Assembly: GCA_017134395.1 (NCBI GenBank)
Contig: CP070993.1
Coordinates: 87,231-151,230 of the forward strand
Length of the DNA: 64,000 nt
Direction of reading: 5' to 3'
Source of the DNA: Candidatus Kaiserbacteria bacterium
Lineage (GTDB): Bacteria > Patescibacteriota > Minisyncoccia > Phycocordibacterales > UBA2100
This document shows positions 36,450 to 45,021 of this stretch, in pieces; position 1 is the first letter of the stretch; each line of letters starts with the position of its first letter. The notes under the pieces are model-generated. The model ran no database searches. It saw only the letters and a list, made by a program, of their open reading frames with translations, and was not told the origin of the DNA. A program made the position numbers and the translations under genes.

Positions 36450-37700
36450 ATGGTGCTCAAAAAGTATAAGCCACAGATTATTGCGATTACTGGAAGTGTG
36501 GGGAAAACAGGTACGAAGGACGCAATTTTTGCAGCGCTTGAAAACTCTCTCTTTGTGCGCAAAAGTGAAAAAACACTTAATAGCGAAATTGGTGTACCGC
36601 TTACCATTCTTGGGTGTGAGAGCGGCTGGAATAATCCAGTAAAATGGTTTAAAAATATTCTTGAAGGACTGGCACTCATTTTTCTTAGAAATCACTATCC
36701 AAAGTGGCTTGTGCTTGAAGTTGGCGTTGATCGACCAGGGGACATAGCAAGTCTCACGAAATGGTTGAAACCTGACATCACAATAATTACTGCACTACCG
36801 GACGTTCCGACTCATGTAGAGAATTTCAAAGATCCACAGGACGTTGCACGAGAAAAAAGGCTTCTTGCGGAAGCGTTGAAACCAGAAGGCACTTTGATTC
36901 TAGGTGGGGATGATAAACGAACCGCATCTTTGAAAAAAGATTTTTCTCAAATAAATACAATCATGTACGGAATTGAATCTCACAATGACATCGTAGGTTC
37001 GCACACTTCAATTTTTTATGATACAGAAGGACATCCGAGCGGCATGCAGTTTAAGGTTGATGAAAAAGGTTCCAGTATCCCTATAAAAATAGAGGGACGC
37101 ATTGGACAACAGCAAGTATATCCAATACTTGCCGCGTTTGCTGTAGCGAGAGCTGTAGGAATACCACCGCTTTCTATTACGAAAGGGATTGAACACTCGG
37201 GAGCATCGCGCGGGAGGATGCGAATTCTTGAAGGACATAATAACACTACAATAATAGATGATTCGTATAATTCGTCACCCACCGCAGTACGAGCTGCTCT
37301 TTCAACACTTAAAAAAGTTGAAACAAAAGGGAAGAAGATTGCTGTACTTGGTGACATGCTCGAGCTCGGCCGATTTAGCTCAGACGCTCACAAAAAAGTT
37401 GGTGTGCAGGTTGCAGGTGTTGCTGATGTACTTATCACTGTCGGAGTTCGTGCAAAAACTATCGCCCAATCAGCACGCGAAGCTGGTTTTGATATTGAAT
37501 GTATACAAGAGTTTGATGTGGGTGATTCAAAGGAAGCTGGTGCGGTAGTGCGTGCAATGCTGGAACCTAATGATGTAGTGCTCGTAAAAGGTTCCCAAAC
37601 AGGTATTCGTCTCGAGAAAGCTGTTAGGGAAATGCTTAAAGAGCCACAGCGAGCAAAAGAATTGCTTGTACGACAGGAAGACGAATGGCTCGCTCGGTAG
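36450..37700 (+). CDS. murF: UDP-MurNAc-tripeptide--D-Ala-D-Ala ligase MurF lacking the N-terminal domain
   Basis: ITGSVGKTGTKD P-loop at residue ~15, IIDDSYNSSP, LGDMLELG; GGGAGG RBS 6 nt upstream. Confidence 0.8.
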   Translation: MVLKKYKPQIIAITGSVGKTGTKDAIFAALENSLFVRKSEKTLNSEIGVPLTILGCESGWNNPVKWFKNILEGLALIFLRNHYPKWLVLEVGVDRPGDIASLTKWLKPDITIITALPDVPTHVENFKDPQDVAREKRLLAEALKPEGTLILGGDDKRTASLKKDFSQINTIMYGIESHNDIVGSHTSIFYDTEGHPSGMQFKVDEKGSSIPIKIEGRIGQQQVYPILAAFAVARAVGIPPLSITKGIEHSGASRGRMRILEGHNNTTIIDDSYNSSPTAVRAALSTLKKVETKGKKIAVLGDMLELGRFSSDAHKKVGVQVAGVADVLITVGVRAKTIAQSAREAGFDIECIQEFDVGDSKEAGAVVRAMLEPNDVVLVKGSQTGIRLEKAVREMLKEPQRAKELLVRQEDEWLAR

Positions 37701-37742
37701 CTGGAAGAAAACACTAAATTGTGTACAATTGGGCGTCTAGAC

Positions 37743-37814
37743 GGCTCCATCGTCTAACGGTTAGGACATCGGCTTCTCAAGCCGGCAATCCGGGTTCGAT
37801 TCCCGGTGGAGTCA
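37743..37814 (+). tRNA. tRNA-Glu (anticodon CTC), CCA not encoded
   Basis: acceptor GGCTCCA/TGGAGTC, anticodon loop TTCTCAA, T-loop TTCGATT. Confidence 0.85.
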
Positions 37815-37815
37815 C

Positions 37816-37856
37816 AAAAAATTAGAGTCCTGTACAGAAGATTCTGTACAGGACTC
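37816..37856. terminator. hairpin GAGTCCTGTACAG-N7-CTGTACAGGACTC; U-run on minus strand
   Basis: 13-bp perfect stem. Confidence 0.55.
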
Positions 37857-37876
37857 TTGGGTTCAAGAATGCTCAC

Positions 37877-38050
37877 TCATGGGCATGTAATCTGCAATGC
37901 TTCCTTGGCAAGCTCAGGTGTCCAAAGCACTCGCTCTGTCGAGCTGCATGGCACAGACTTTCTTGAAGGGAGCTTTCTCATAACGTGAGCAACTTCCCGC
38001 GGAATCTTGATGCTCGGATCAAGAACTATATCGTCGAAGTCATTTGTCAT
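37877..38050 (-). CDS. hypothetical 57-aa protein (MTNDFDDIVLDPSIKIPREV...)
   Basis: GGAGGT RBS 5 nt upstream of ATG; rest of long ORF 37877..38350 judged spurious. Confidence 0.35.
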   Translation of the reverse strand: MTNDFDDIVLDPSIKIPREVAHVMRKLPSRKSVPCSSTERVLWTPELAKEALQITCP

Positions 38051-38157
38051 AATTACCTCCATGTGCAAATGAGATCTGTATAAAGAATACCATGAAGAAC
38101 TTAGTTGCGTAGTATCGATTTTCGGTGGGAATCGAATAGGTAGGAGCTTTAGTTTAT

Positions 38158-38589
38158 CTATTTGGAGCACTTTCGCAAAAGCCGAAGGATAAGCAAGAAA
38201 ACAATGCTTGGGAGGATAATAACATAGAGTAATTCTGAAAGAATAAATGTAGTTTCTGTATAGCCAGCCATACGTGCTGCCTCTGGTAGCCCTAAAGCTT
38301 GTGTATGAACTATTGAGCCGATAATGCCAGATAGAACTGTGTAAGCCCACAATGCGAGCATTCCGTATGTTAAATATCGTGGCGTTTTGCTAGCAACTGA
38401 TTTAAATGAAAATACAAAATACAAAAAGAGGATTGCGAAAGAAAGATCAATAAATGCGGTGAAGTAGAATGGAGAAAGTAAGAAGAATTCGTAATTATCC
38501 CAAATTCCATAGAGTGAACCGAGCGCGAAAACTAAAAAGAGACCACGTATAAGAAGGTTAGTTGCAGAGCGCGAAAGAGTGAATTTCAT
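38158..38589 (-). CDS. integral membrane protein (4 TM), hypothetical
   Basis: hydrophobic profile; start MKFTL more likely than 38634. Confidence 0.45.
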   Translation of the reverse strand: MKFTLSRSATNLLIRGLFLVFALGSLYGIWDNYEFFLLSPFYFTAFIDLSFAILFLYFVFSFKSVASKTPRYLTYGMLALWAYTVLSGIIGSIVHTQALGLPEAARMAGYTETTFILSELLYVIILPSIVFLLILRLLRKCSK

Positions 38590-38636
38590 TAACCAAGTGT
38601 AGCATACGCTTGCCGAAGAACTGTTGCTGTACACAT

Positions 38637-39206
38637 TTATATTTTCACTGGACCTTCGCGTAGTACCTTACATTCATCTGTTGTGCAGTCGATAATAGTG
38701 GACCCTTCCTTTTTTTTAGTTGCCCCAGGAAGGATTACCGCTGCCTTCTCTGAGAACGTTGCATACGCTTCATCGTAGGAAAGAATAGCTGGTTTACCAG
38801 AAATGTTTGCACTTGTTGCAGCAAGAACTCCGCCGACGTTTGTAATGAGTTCGAGTAGATCTTCATGGTTTGGCATGCGAAGGGCAATAGTTCCGTTGCT
38901 TTTGAGAACACCCATTGGAAATTCTGTTTTAGCATGTGCAACAATAGTAAGTGCTCCTGGCCAGTGTTTTTCCATTAATTCCTTACATTTTGAAGTAATT
39001 TCCCCAAGAGCTTCCGCTGTTTCAATCGAATCAATAAGTATTGGTATGTTCTTTTCATCTGGTCGTTGTTTGGCAGCATAAAGTGCTTCGATAGCTTTTT
39101 CATCAAATGGATCACATCCTATTCCGTATACAGTATCAGTTGGAAACACGATAAGTTTCCCATCGCGTACTGCTTCTGCTGCTTCATCGATCATTGTTGT
39201 CATTGT
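38637..39206 (-). CDS. tsaC: L-threonylcarbamoyladenylate synthase TsaC/YrdC
   Basis: GKLIVFPTDTVYGIGCD YrdC motif; ORF track extension to 39281 overlaps tRNA-Leu and is artefactual. Confidence 0.85.
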   Translation of the reverse strand, partial: TMTTMIDEAAEAVRDGKLIVFPTDTVYGIGCDPFDEKAIEALYAAKQRPDEKNIPILIDSIETAEALGEITSKCKELMEKHWPGALTIVAHAKTEFPMGVLKSNGTIALRMPNHEDLLELITNVGGVLAATSANISGKPAILSYDEAYATFSEKAAVILPGATKKKEGSTIIDCTTDECKVLREGPVKI

Positions 39207-39215
39207 GCCGAAGGG

Positions 39216-39296
39216 GGGAATCGAACCCCCACTCCCGAAGGAACACGATTTTGAGTCGTGCGCGTCTACCAGTTCCGCCACCTCGGCATGGTGTGA
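39216..39296 (-). tRNA. tRNA-Leu (anticodon CAA), long variable arm
   Basis: acceptor GCCGAGG/CTTCGGC, anticodon loop CTCAAAA, variable arm TCCTTCGGGAGTG, T-loop TTCGATT. Confidence 0.85.
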
Positions 39297-39413
39297 TGGT
39301 TATTCTACATGGAGTGACAAAAACTTCCAGCTTTAAAGTGACGGTCGTTTCATGCAGTTTATCTCCACTTATGCACATAAAGTAGAAATAACTGCTGTGG
39401 TATACTGCCCACA

Positions 39414-40493
39414 ATGGCATCAGATTTTTACAACAACTCAGTTTTTTGGATCGAAGTACATCGAATTCAGCCAAATCCATACCAGCCAAGAAAGGAGTTT
39501 GACGAAGAAGCCCTCAAGAGTCTTTCTGAATCTATTCGACAGTACGGAATTTTGCAGCCACTCGTAGTGACACGTCGCGAGATAGAACGTGGCGACGGTG
39601 GAATTTCAGTAGAGTATGAACTTGTAGCGGGTGAACGACGACTACGTGCGTCTAAGATGGCGGGCGTATCACAAGTACCAGTACTTATTCGTAGTACTGA
39701 AGATTCTGACAAAGTAAAACTTGAACTCGCGATTATTGAAAACCTTCAGCGTGAAGACTTGAACCCGATTGATAGAGCGCTTGCATTTCAACAGCTTGCA
39801 GAAAAGTTTAGTTTGAAGCATGTAGAGATTGCCAAAAAAGTTGGACGGAGCCGCGAATATGTTTCTAACTCGCTACGACTCCTCGCTCTTTCAGATGAGA
39901 TTCGACAGGCCGTCGTGAATAGGCAGATAACCGAAGGGCACACACGACCACTTCTTATGCTGTGTGAGCGACCTGAACAACAGATGGCACTCTTTAAAGA
40001 GATACAAGAGAAGAAACTCACTGTGCGCGAAGCAGAGCGTATAGCTCGCGGTATAGCTACGGATAAGGCACGAAAGCAGGATTTGCCGCCAGAACTTGCC
40101 GCACTAGAAAGGGAGTTAACTGAGAGATTAGGAACACGTGTGCAAATTGAAACACGAGATAAAGGAGGGAAAATGCATATTGATTTTTTCACACCAACAG
40201 ATGTACAACAATTTCTTGCATTGGTAAGTGCGACAGCTCCGAAAGAAGTAGTCATTGAAACTACAGCGGAAGAGGATAGTGTCGCAGAGACAGAAGCACC
40301 AAAAGAAACAGGTGTGTTGTCACCACTGTCGGAGTTTGTTTCGTACGCATTGGATGATGAGATCAATGATGATGAGGAGATGACAGTTTCTAAAAACACA
40401 AACGAAAAAATCGTAGAAGAAGTGAATCAAGAAACAACGAAAAAAGAAGATGAGGAAGAAGACATTTACTCAATCAGCAATTTTTCAGTTTAA
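39414..40493 (+). CDS. parB: ParB/Spo0J-family protein with ~90-aa acidic C-terminal tail; no parA adjacent
   Basis: GERRLRAS box II, HTH, dimerisation region; TGgTATACT extended -10 upstream. Confidence 0.85.
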   Translation: MASDFYNNSVFWIEVHRIQPNPYQPRKEFDEEALKSLSESIRQYGILQPLVVTRREIERGDGGISVEYELVAGERRLRASKMAGVSQVPVLIRSTEDSDKVKLELAIIENLQREDLNPIDRALAFQQLAEKFSLKHVEIAKKVGRSREYVSNSLRLLALSDEIRQAVVNRQITEGHTRPLLMLCERPEQQMALFKEIQEKKLTVREAERIARGIATDKARKQDLPPELAALERELTERLGTRVQIETRDKGGKMHIDFFTPTDVQQFLALVSATAPKEVVIETTAEEDSVAETEAPKETGVLSPLSEFVSYALDDEINDDEEMTVSKNTNEKIVEEVNQETTKKEDEEEDIYSISNFSV

Positions 40494-42133
40494 ATAGCTT
40501 CGCCTACTCTCTGTAGGTATGTTCGGATGTGGCGCTTCGCAAGAGTTGTTTTTGCCATATCCATCCATTTTCTATTTGGATGATTTTTTTCGCTCGTTTC
40601 TATTTCAACGACATCACCATTTTTTAAGCATGAGCTTAGCGCTGCCATCTTACCATTTACTTTTGCGCCAGACATGTTATTTCCAATTTCTGAATGGATC
40701 GCGTATGCGAAATCTATCGGACTTGAATCGATAGGGAGGTCAATAACGTCTCCACGCGGAGTAAACACAAAAACGCGATGACTAAAGAAGTCGCTCTTTA
40801 TATCTTGCAAAAAAGCGTGAGGGTTTTCATCATCGACATCTTGTGCATCGGCCATGTTTTTTAACCAATCTGGTGTTGAATCGTCAGTGTAGGTGAGTTT
40901 AGATTCTCCTGAAGGCAACTTTCCTTGACCCTCCATCCAGAGGCGTGCAGGAATGAATTGTCGAATCCAACTGACTGCACTGTTATCACCTTTTTTCTTG
41001 CTCGCACCATCTGCTTTATACGAAAAATGTGAAGCAATACCAAACTGAGCTTCTCTGTGCATTTCCTCGGTTCTGATTTGAAGCTCAATAACATTACCAT
41101 CTCCTGTATGGATGGTTGTGTGGATTCCTTTATAACCATTTGGTTTAGGGAAGGCGATATAGTCCTTTACACGTCCTGGTAGCGGCCGCCACTCACCGTG
41201 CACAATACCAAGAACTGTGTAGCAGTCCGCAACTGAATCAACAATGATACGTAATGCCCACAGGTCAAATATTTTTGTAATGTCCCAATCTTTACGCTCG
41301 AGTTTGCGGTAGAGACTATACAGACCTTTCACTCTGTTTGCCGTTCTAAACTTTTTAACCCCGTATTCAGCAATTTTCTTTCGCACCGTATTGTGCGTGC
41401 GTTCAAGGCGTCGTATATCATCACCGCCTGCTTCTTTAAATATCTTTAAAACCTTTTCGTATTCTTCAGGATATGCATGCGGGAATACTGCGTCCTCCAA
41501 CTCGCGCTTCATAAGACCCATTCCAAGACGGTCGGCAATTGGGGCGTAGATTTCTAGTGTTTCTTGGGCGATACGTTCTCGTTTATCGTCGCGAGGTATA
41601 TGCCCGAGAGTGGATGCGTTATGTAGTCGGTCAGCAAGTTTGATAATCATTACACGAACATCTTGTGACGTCGCCGCGAAAAGTTTGCGAAGTGACTCAG
41701 TATGACGTTTCATTCCGCGATAACGAACATGGCCAAGCTTGGTTACCCCTTCAACTAAGTTACGTACATCCAGGCTTAGTTCTTCAGCAATTTCGTCTGC
41801 GGTTATGTCACTGTCTTCTATAGAATCGTGGAGAAGGGTAGCGGCGATTATTGTTGGACCCATCCCAATTTTTGCGAGATACTCAGCTGCTGCAATTGGG
41901 TGATTGAGATAGGGCTCACCTGAAAAACGTTTTTGACCACGGTGCGCTTTGCGAGCAAGGTTGTATGCACGGGTTATGAATTCAATGTCCTTCTTTTCAG
42001 TAAGGCCCATTATTGTGAAGATGTTCTTTAAAGCAGCAGGTGGCGCCTTCTTATTTCCTCCGTTTTTGTTTTCTGTAGAACTGTTAAATATTGCCATTAA
42101 CCCCATGGTACTTCCAGATGGTGCTTTTGACAA
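40490..42133 (-). CDS. rel: bifunctional (p)ppGpp synthetase/hydrolase Rel, short form (HD + synthetase + TGS, no ACT)
   Basis: HD motif LLHDSIED, synthetase RVKDYIAFPKPNGYKGIHT, TGS VFVFTPRGDVIDLP. Confidence 0.9.
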   Translation of the reverse strand: MSKAPSGSTMGLMAIFNSSTENKNGGNKKAPPAALKNIFTIMGLTEKKDIEFITRAYNLARKAHRGQKRFSGEPYLNHPIAAAEYLAKIGMGPTIIAATLLHDSIEDSDITADEIAEELSLDVRNLVEGVTKLGHVRYRGMKRHTESLRKLFAATSQDVRVMIIKLADRLHNASTLGHIPRDDKRERIAQETLEIYAPIADRLGMGLMKRELEDAVFPHAYPEEYEKVLKIFKEAGGDDIRRLERTHNTVRKKIAEYGVKKFRTANRVKGLYSLYRKLERKDWDITKIFDLWALRIIVDSVADCYTVLGIVHGEWRPLPGRVKDYIAFPKPNGYKGIHTTIHTGDGNVIELQIRTEEMHREAQFGIASHFSYKADGASKKKGDNSAVSWIRQFIPARLWMEGQGKLPSGESKLTYTDDSTPDWLKNMADAQDVDDENPHAFLQDIKSDFFSHRVFVFTPRGDVIDLPIDSSPIDFAYAIHSEIGNNMSGAKVNGKMAALSSCLKNGDVVEIETSEKNHPNRKWMDMAKTTLAKRHIRTYLQRVGEAI

Positions 42134-42150
42134 ATGAACGTCACGGTTTA

Positions 42151-42190
42151 GTTCTTAGAATACTGCGGTGCATCGCAGTATTCTAAGAAC
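42151..42190. repeat. perfect 17-bp inverted repeat GTTCTTAGAATACTGCG-GTGCAT-CGCAGTATTCTAAGAAC in rel upstream region
   Basis: read directly. Confidence 0.7.
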
Positions 42191-42217
42191 GAGGGGTAGT
42201 AAGAAGTAAAAAGTTCA

Positions 42218-42246
42218 TTTAGACCAAGGTCGGACCTTGGTCTAAA
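42218..42246 (-). terminator. topA terminator: TTTAGACCAAGG-TCGGA-CCTTGGTCTAAA + U-run on minus strand
   Basis: 12-bp perfect stem. Confidence 0.65.
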
Positions 42247-42251
42247 TGCTT

Positions 42252-44429
42252 TTATAATTTGTGAGGATTGTGATTAGGACACGTCTTATCACTACATCTT
42301 TCAGGGATTGTTTTTGTGCCTTCCATCATAAGTCCTTTACACAGTGGACACAGGTTTCCAGTAGGTTTTGCTTTTATGGCAAGCTTACAATCTGGATAAT
42401 TTGAACAACTGTAAAATGCACCAAATCGTCCGTGACGTTCTATAAGTTCTCCATCTTTACAATCTGTACATTTTACTCCAGTCGAGTTGAGCGTGTTGTC
42501 TTGCTTAATGTATTTACATTTAGGGTAGCGGTGACATGAAATAAACATTCCAAACCTCCCTTCGCGCATAACGAGCTTCCCTGGCTCCTGCTTGCTTCGT
42601 GGCCCGGGTTCTCCACATTTCGGGCATTTTTCACCGATATCTTTAGGCGGTTCAATTATATTGCCATCTTCTTTTCGTGCACCGCTACAATCGGGGAATT
42701 TCGCACAGCTCATAAACTTTCCGTTTTTTGAAAGTTTAAATACCATTTCACTATCACATTCGGGGCATTTAAACTCTTCAGGAACCGGACCGAGATTAGT
42801 AAGTTTCGGTACATCCTCTTTTGATGCAACTTCTTTTGAGAAAGGAGTATAAAAATCTTTTAGTGTTTTAACGTATTCACGCTTTCCTTCAGCAATATCA
42901 TCTAGCTCATCTTCCATTTCTGCGGTGAAGGTATCACTTACGTACTGTGCGAAGTGCTCTTCAAGGAAACTACTTACAACGTCACCAGTGTCTGTTGGAA
43001 TTAAGGCACGTGCTTCTTTTGCAACGTAGCCGCGATCAGAAAGCGTCCGCATAATTGCAGCGTATGTACTTGGGCGTCCGATACCTCGTTTCTCGAGTTC
43101 TTTAATAAGACGTGCTTCTGTATAGCGTGGTGGTGGCTGTGTTTCTTTTCCTTCGCTCTCAACTGTTTGCACAGCTAGAGCTTCTCCCTCTGATACTTTT
43201 GGTAGCTCAACGTCTTCGCCGCGTGCTGACGGATCGGCCATAAGCCAGCCATCTTTTACTACACGTGAGCCGGTGACTGCAAAATCAGGCACCGTGTCGT
43301 GCGCAACAGAAGCAGTAATTTTTGTACGCGCAATCTCAGCGTCAATCATCTGGCTCGAAACAGTTCGAGCCCAGATAAGTGAGTACAATCTCTTTTGCTC
43401 TTCGTTTCTTCCTGCTGCAATTTTATTTACATCAGATGGGCGTATAGCTTCGTGAGCTTCTTGAGCAGATTTTGAGTTTGTTTTGTATTGTCGAATTTCA
43501 ACATGATCTTTTCCATATTCACTTTCAATAACTTTACCGATGCTACTTAGTGCATTTTCAGAAAGGTGTGTGCTGTCGGTTCGCATGTACGTTATAAGTC
43601 CAGCTTCGTACAGTTTTTGGGCAACACCCATAGTTCTTGAAGGTGCGTATCCCAAGCGTGAGCTGGCGGCTTGCTGCATCGTTGAGGTAGTAAAAGGAGC
43701 TTTTGGCACCCGCTTTGCAGCAGTTTCCTTTACATTTGCTACTTGCCATTCATTTGCTTTAGCGTTTTCTACAATAGTGTCAGCATCACTTTCTGTTTTT
43801 GGTTCTTCAGAACAGGTAAATTCAATCGGTGCTTTTGAAGCAGATGCAGTGTGTGCTGTAATAACCCAAAATTTTTCAGGAATAAACGCACGAATTTCTC
43901 GCTCACGCTCCATAAGGATACGAAGCGCAGGAGACTGCACACGACCAGCTGAAAGTCCGTAACGAACCTTCTTCCAGATAAGTCCAGAGAGGTCATAACC
44001 CACGAGACGGTCGAGGATTCGGCGAGCTTCTTGCGCTTCGCGTAGATTTTCGTCAATAAGACGTGGATTCTTTAAAGCAGCCTGCACTGCTTCTTTTGTA
44101 ATTTCATTGAAGACAATTCGTTTAGGCTTCTTTAAACCAAGCACTTCTTTCAGGTGCCACGCAATAGCTTCTCCTTCTCGGTCGGGGTCAGTTGCAAGGA
44201 TTACTTCGTCAGATTTTTTTGAGAGTTTTGTGAGTTCTGCAATAACATCGAGTTTCTTTGCAACTACTTCGTAGTTGGGAACAAATCCTTTCTCTATATC
44301 AATAGCTTTCTTGTTGTTCTTAGGTAAATCACGTACGTGCCCAACACTGGCTCGCACAGTAAAGCCATCCCCGAGATATTTCTCGATAGTTTTAGCTTTT
44401 GCAGGGGATTCGACAATTACAAGCTTCAT
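42252..44429 (-). CDS. topA: DNA topoisomerase I with C-terminal zinc-ribbon repeats
   Basis: MKLVIVESPAKAKTIEKYLG Toprim, catalytic Tyr region, multiple C4 ribbons. Confidence 0.95.
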   Translation of the reverse strand: MKLVIVESPAKAKTIEKYLGDGFTVRASVGHVRDLPKNNKKAIDIEKGFVPNYEVVAKKLDVIAELTKLSKKSDEVILATDPDREGEAIAWHLKEVLGLKKPKRIVFNEITKEAVQAALKNPRLIDENLREAQEARRILDRLVGYDLSGLIWKKVRYGLSAGRVQSPALRILMEREREIRAFIPEKFWVITAHTASASKAPIEFTCSEEPKTESDADTIVENAKANEWQVANVKETAAKRVPKAPFTTSTMQQAASSRLGYAPSRTMGVAQKLYEAGLITYMRTDSTHLSENALSSIGKVIESEYGKDHVEIRQYKTNSKSAQEAHEAIRPSDVNKIAAGRNEEQKRLYSLIWARTVSSQMIDAEIARTKITASVAHDTVPDFAVTGSRVVKDGWLMADPSARGEDVELPKVSEGEALAVQTVESEGKETQPPPRYTEARLIKELEKRGIGRPSTYAAIMRTLSDRGYVAKEARALIPTDTGDVVSSFLEEHFAQYVSDTFTAEMEDELDDIAEGKREYVKTLKDFYTPFSKEVASKEDVPKLTNLGPVPEEFKCPECDSEMVFKLSKNGKFMSCAKFPDCSGARKEDGNIIEPPKDIGEKCPKCGEPGPRSKQEPGKLVMREGRFGMFISCHRYPKCKYIKQDNTLNSTGVKCTDCKDGELIERHGRFGAFYSCSNYPDCKLAIKAKPTGNLCPLCKGLMMEGTKTIPERCSDKTCPNHNPHKL

Positions 44430-44510
44430 AGGCGGTAGGGTTACATGCTCTTACAAAAAAAGCAAAATATTTACATGAATAAAGGTATAGGAGAGGGAAG
44501 ATGCCACATA

Positions 44511-44538
44511 TTGACGTATATGTCAAACAAGGTATAAT
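44511..44538 (+). promoter_or_regulatory. strong sigma70-like promoter TTGACG-16-TATAAT
   Basis: read from sequence. Confidence 0.5.
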
Positions 44539-44572
44539 AACGGTTGGATAAATTTATAGAAAGGGAAGCGCT

Positions 44573-44968
44573 ATGCGTAACTTTTTTAAGCTCTTTGGTT
44601 TTGCTACAACTGTCGCAGCATCTGGGTTCCTTGCTCTTGGCACGAATTCAGCTCTGGCATCCACACCGCGCATCGTTTGTGAAATGCCTGGGACTTCGTC
44701 TGGGTTTATTCTGACCGTTTCGCATCAGGACTGTGAGGCAATGCAAATTGCTCATGCCCGCAGCCATGTTGTCCATCAGCGGCCTCAAGCTGTGCGCAGA
44801 CACTCACCGCGAGTTGTTGTTCGTCATCATGTCAGTCGCGCTGAACGCCTGCAGCGTCATGTCTATCGATCAGGACATCCACGGCGATACCGTGGTCACC
44901 ACAGACCTCCGCCTCGGTACCATGGAAGTGGCTGGGGTGTGAGTGGCACCATCCATTGGCAGCAATAA
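44573..44968 (+). CDS. GC-rich ORF: secreted protein with signal peptide and His/Arg-rich C-terminal half
   Basis: AAAGGGAAG RBS, signal peptide ...ALAS, ~58% GC; alternative frames also open. Confidence 0.45.
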   Translation: MRNFFKLFGFATTVAASGFLALGTNSALASTPRIVCEMPGTSSGFILTVSHQDCEAMQIAHARSHVVHQRPQAVRRHSPRVVVRHHVSRAERLQRHVYRSGHPRRYRGHHRPPPRYHGSGWGVSGTIHWQQ

Positions 44969-44990
44969 TCTGTCAGAACCAAAACCAAGA

Positions 44991-45020
44991 AGGGTCCGTG
45001 AGTTTACTCACGGGCCTTTT
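44991..45020. terminator. bidirectional hairpin terminator (CCGTGAGT-TT-ACTCACGG + T-run)
   Basis: read from sequence. Confidence 0.6.
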
Positions 45021-45021
45021 T

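Noticed and set aside
37877-38350. 157-aa minus-strand ORF spanning 37877..38350
   Set aside because: Only the last 57 codons (from the ATG at 38050, with a GGAGGT RBS) look genuine. The upstream part overlaps the 38158..38589 membrane-protein gene in another frame.
39184-39489. ORF 39184..39489 (-) and the 5' extension of the YrdC ORF to 39281
   Set aside because: They overlap the hand-folded tRNA-Leu(CAA) at 39216..39296. YrdC homology begins at MTTMIDEAAE (39206).
39788-40399. 203-aa Ser-rich ORF on the minus strand
   Set aside because: It is antisense to parB, a shadow ORF.
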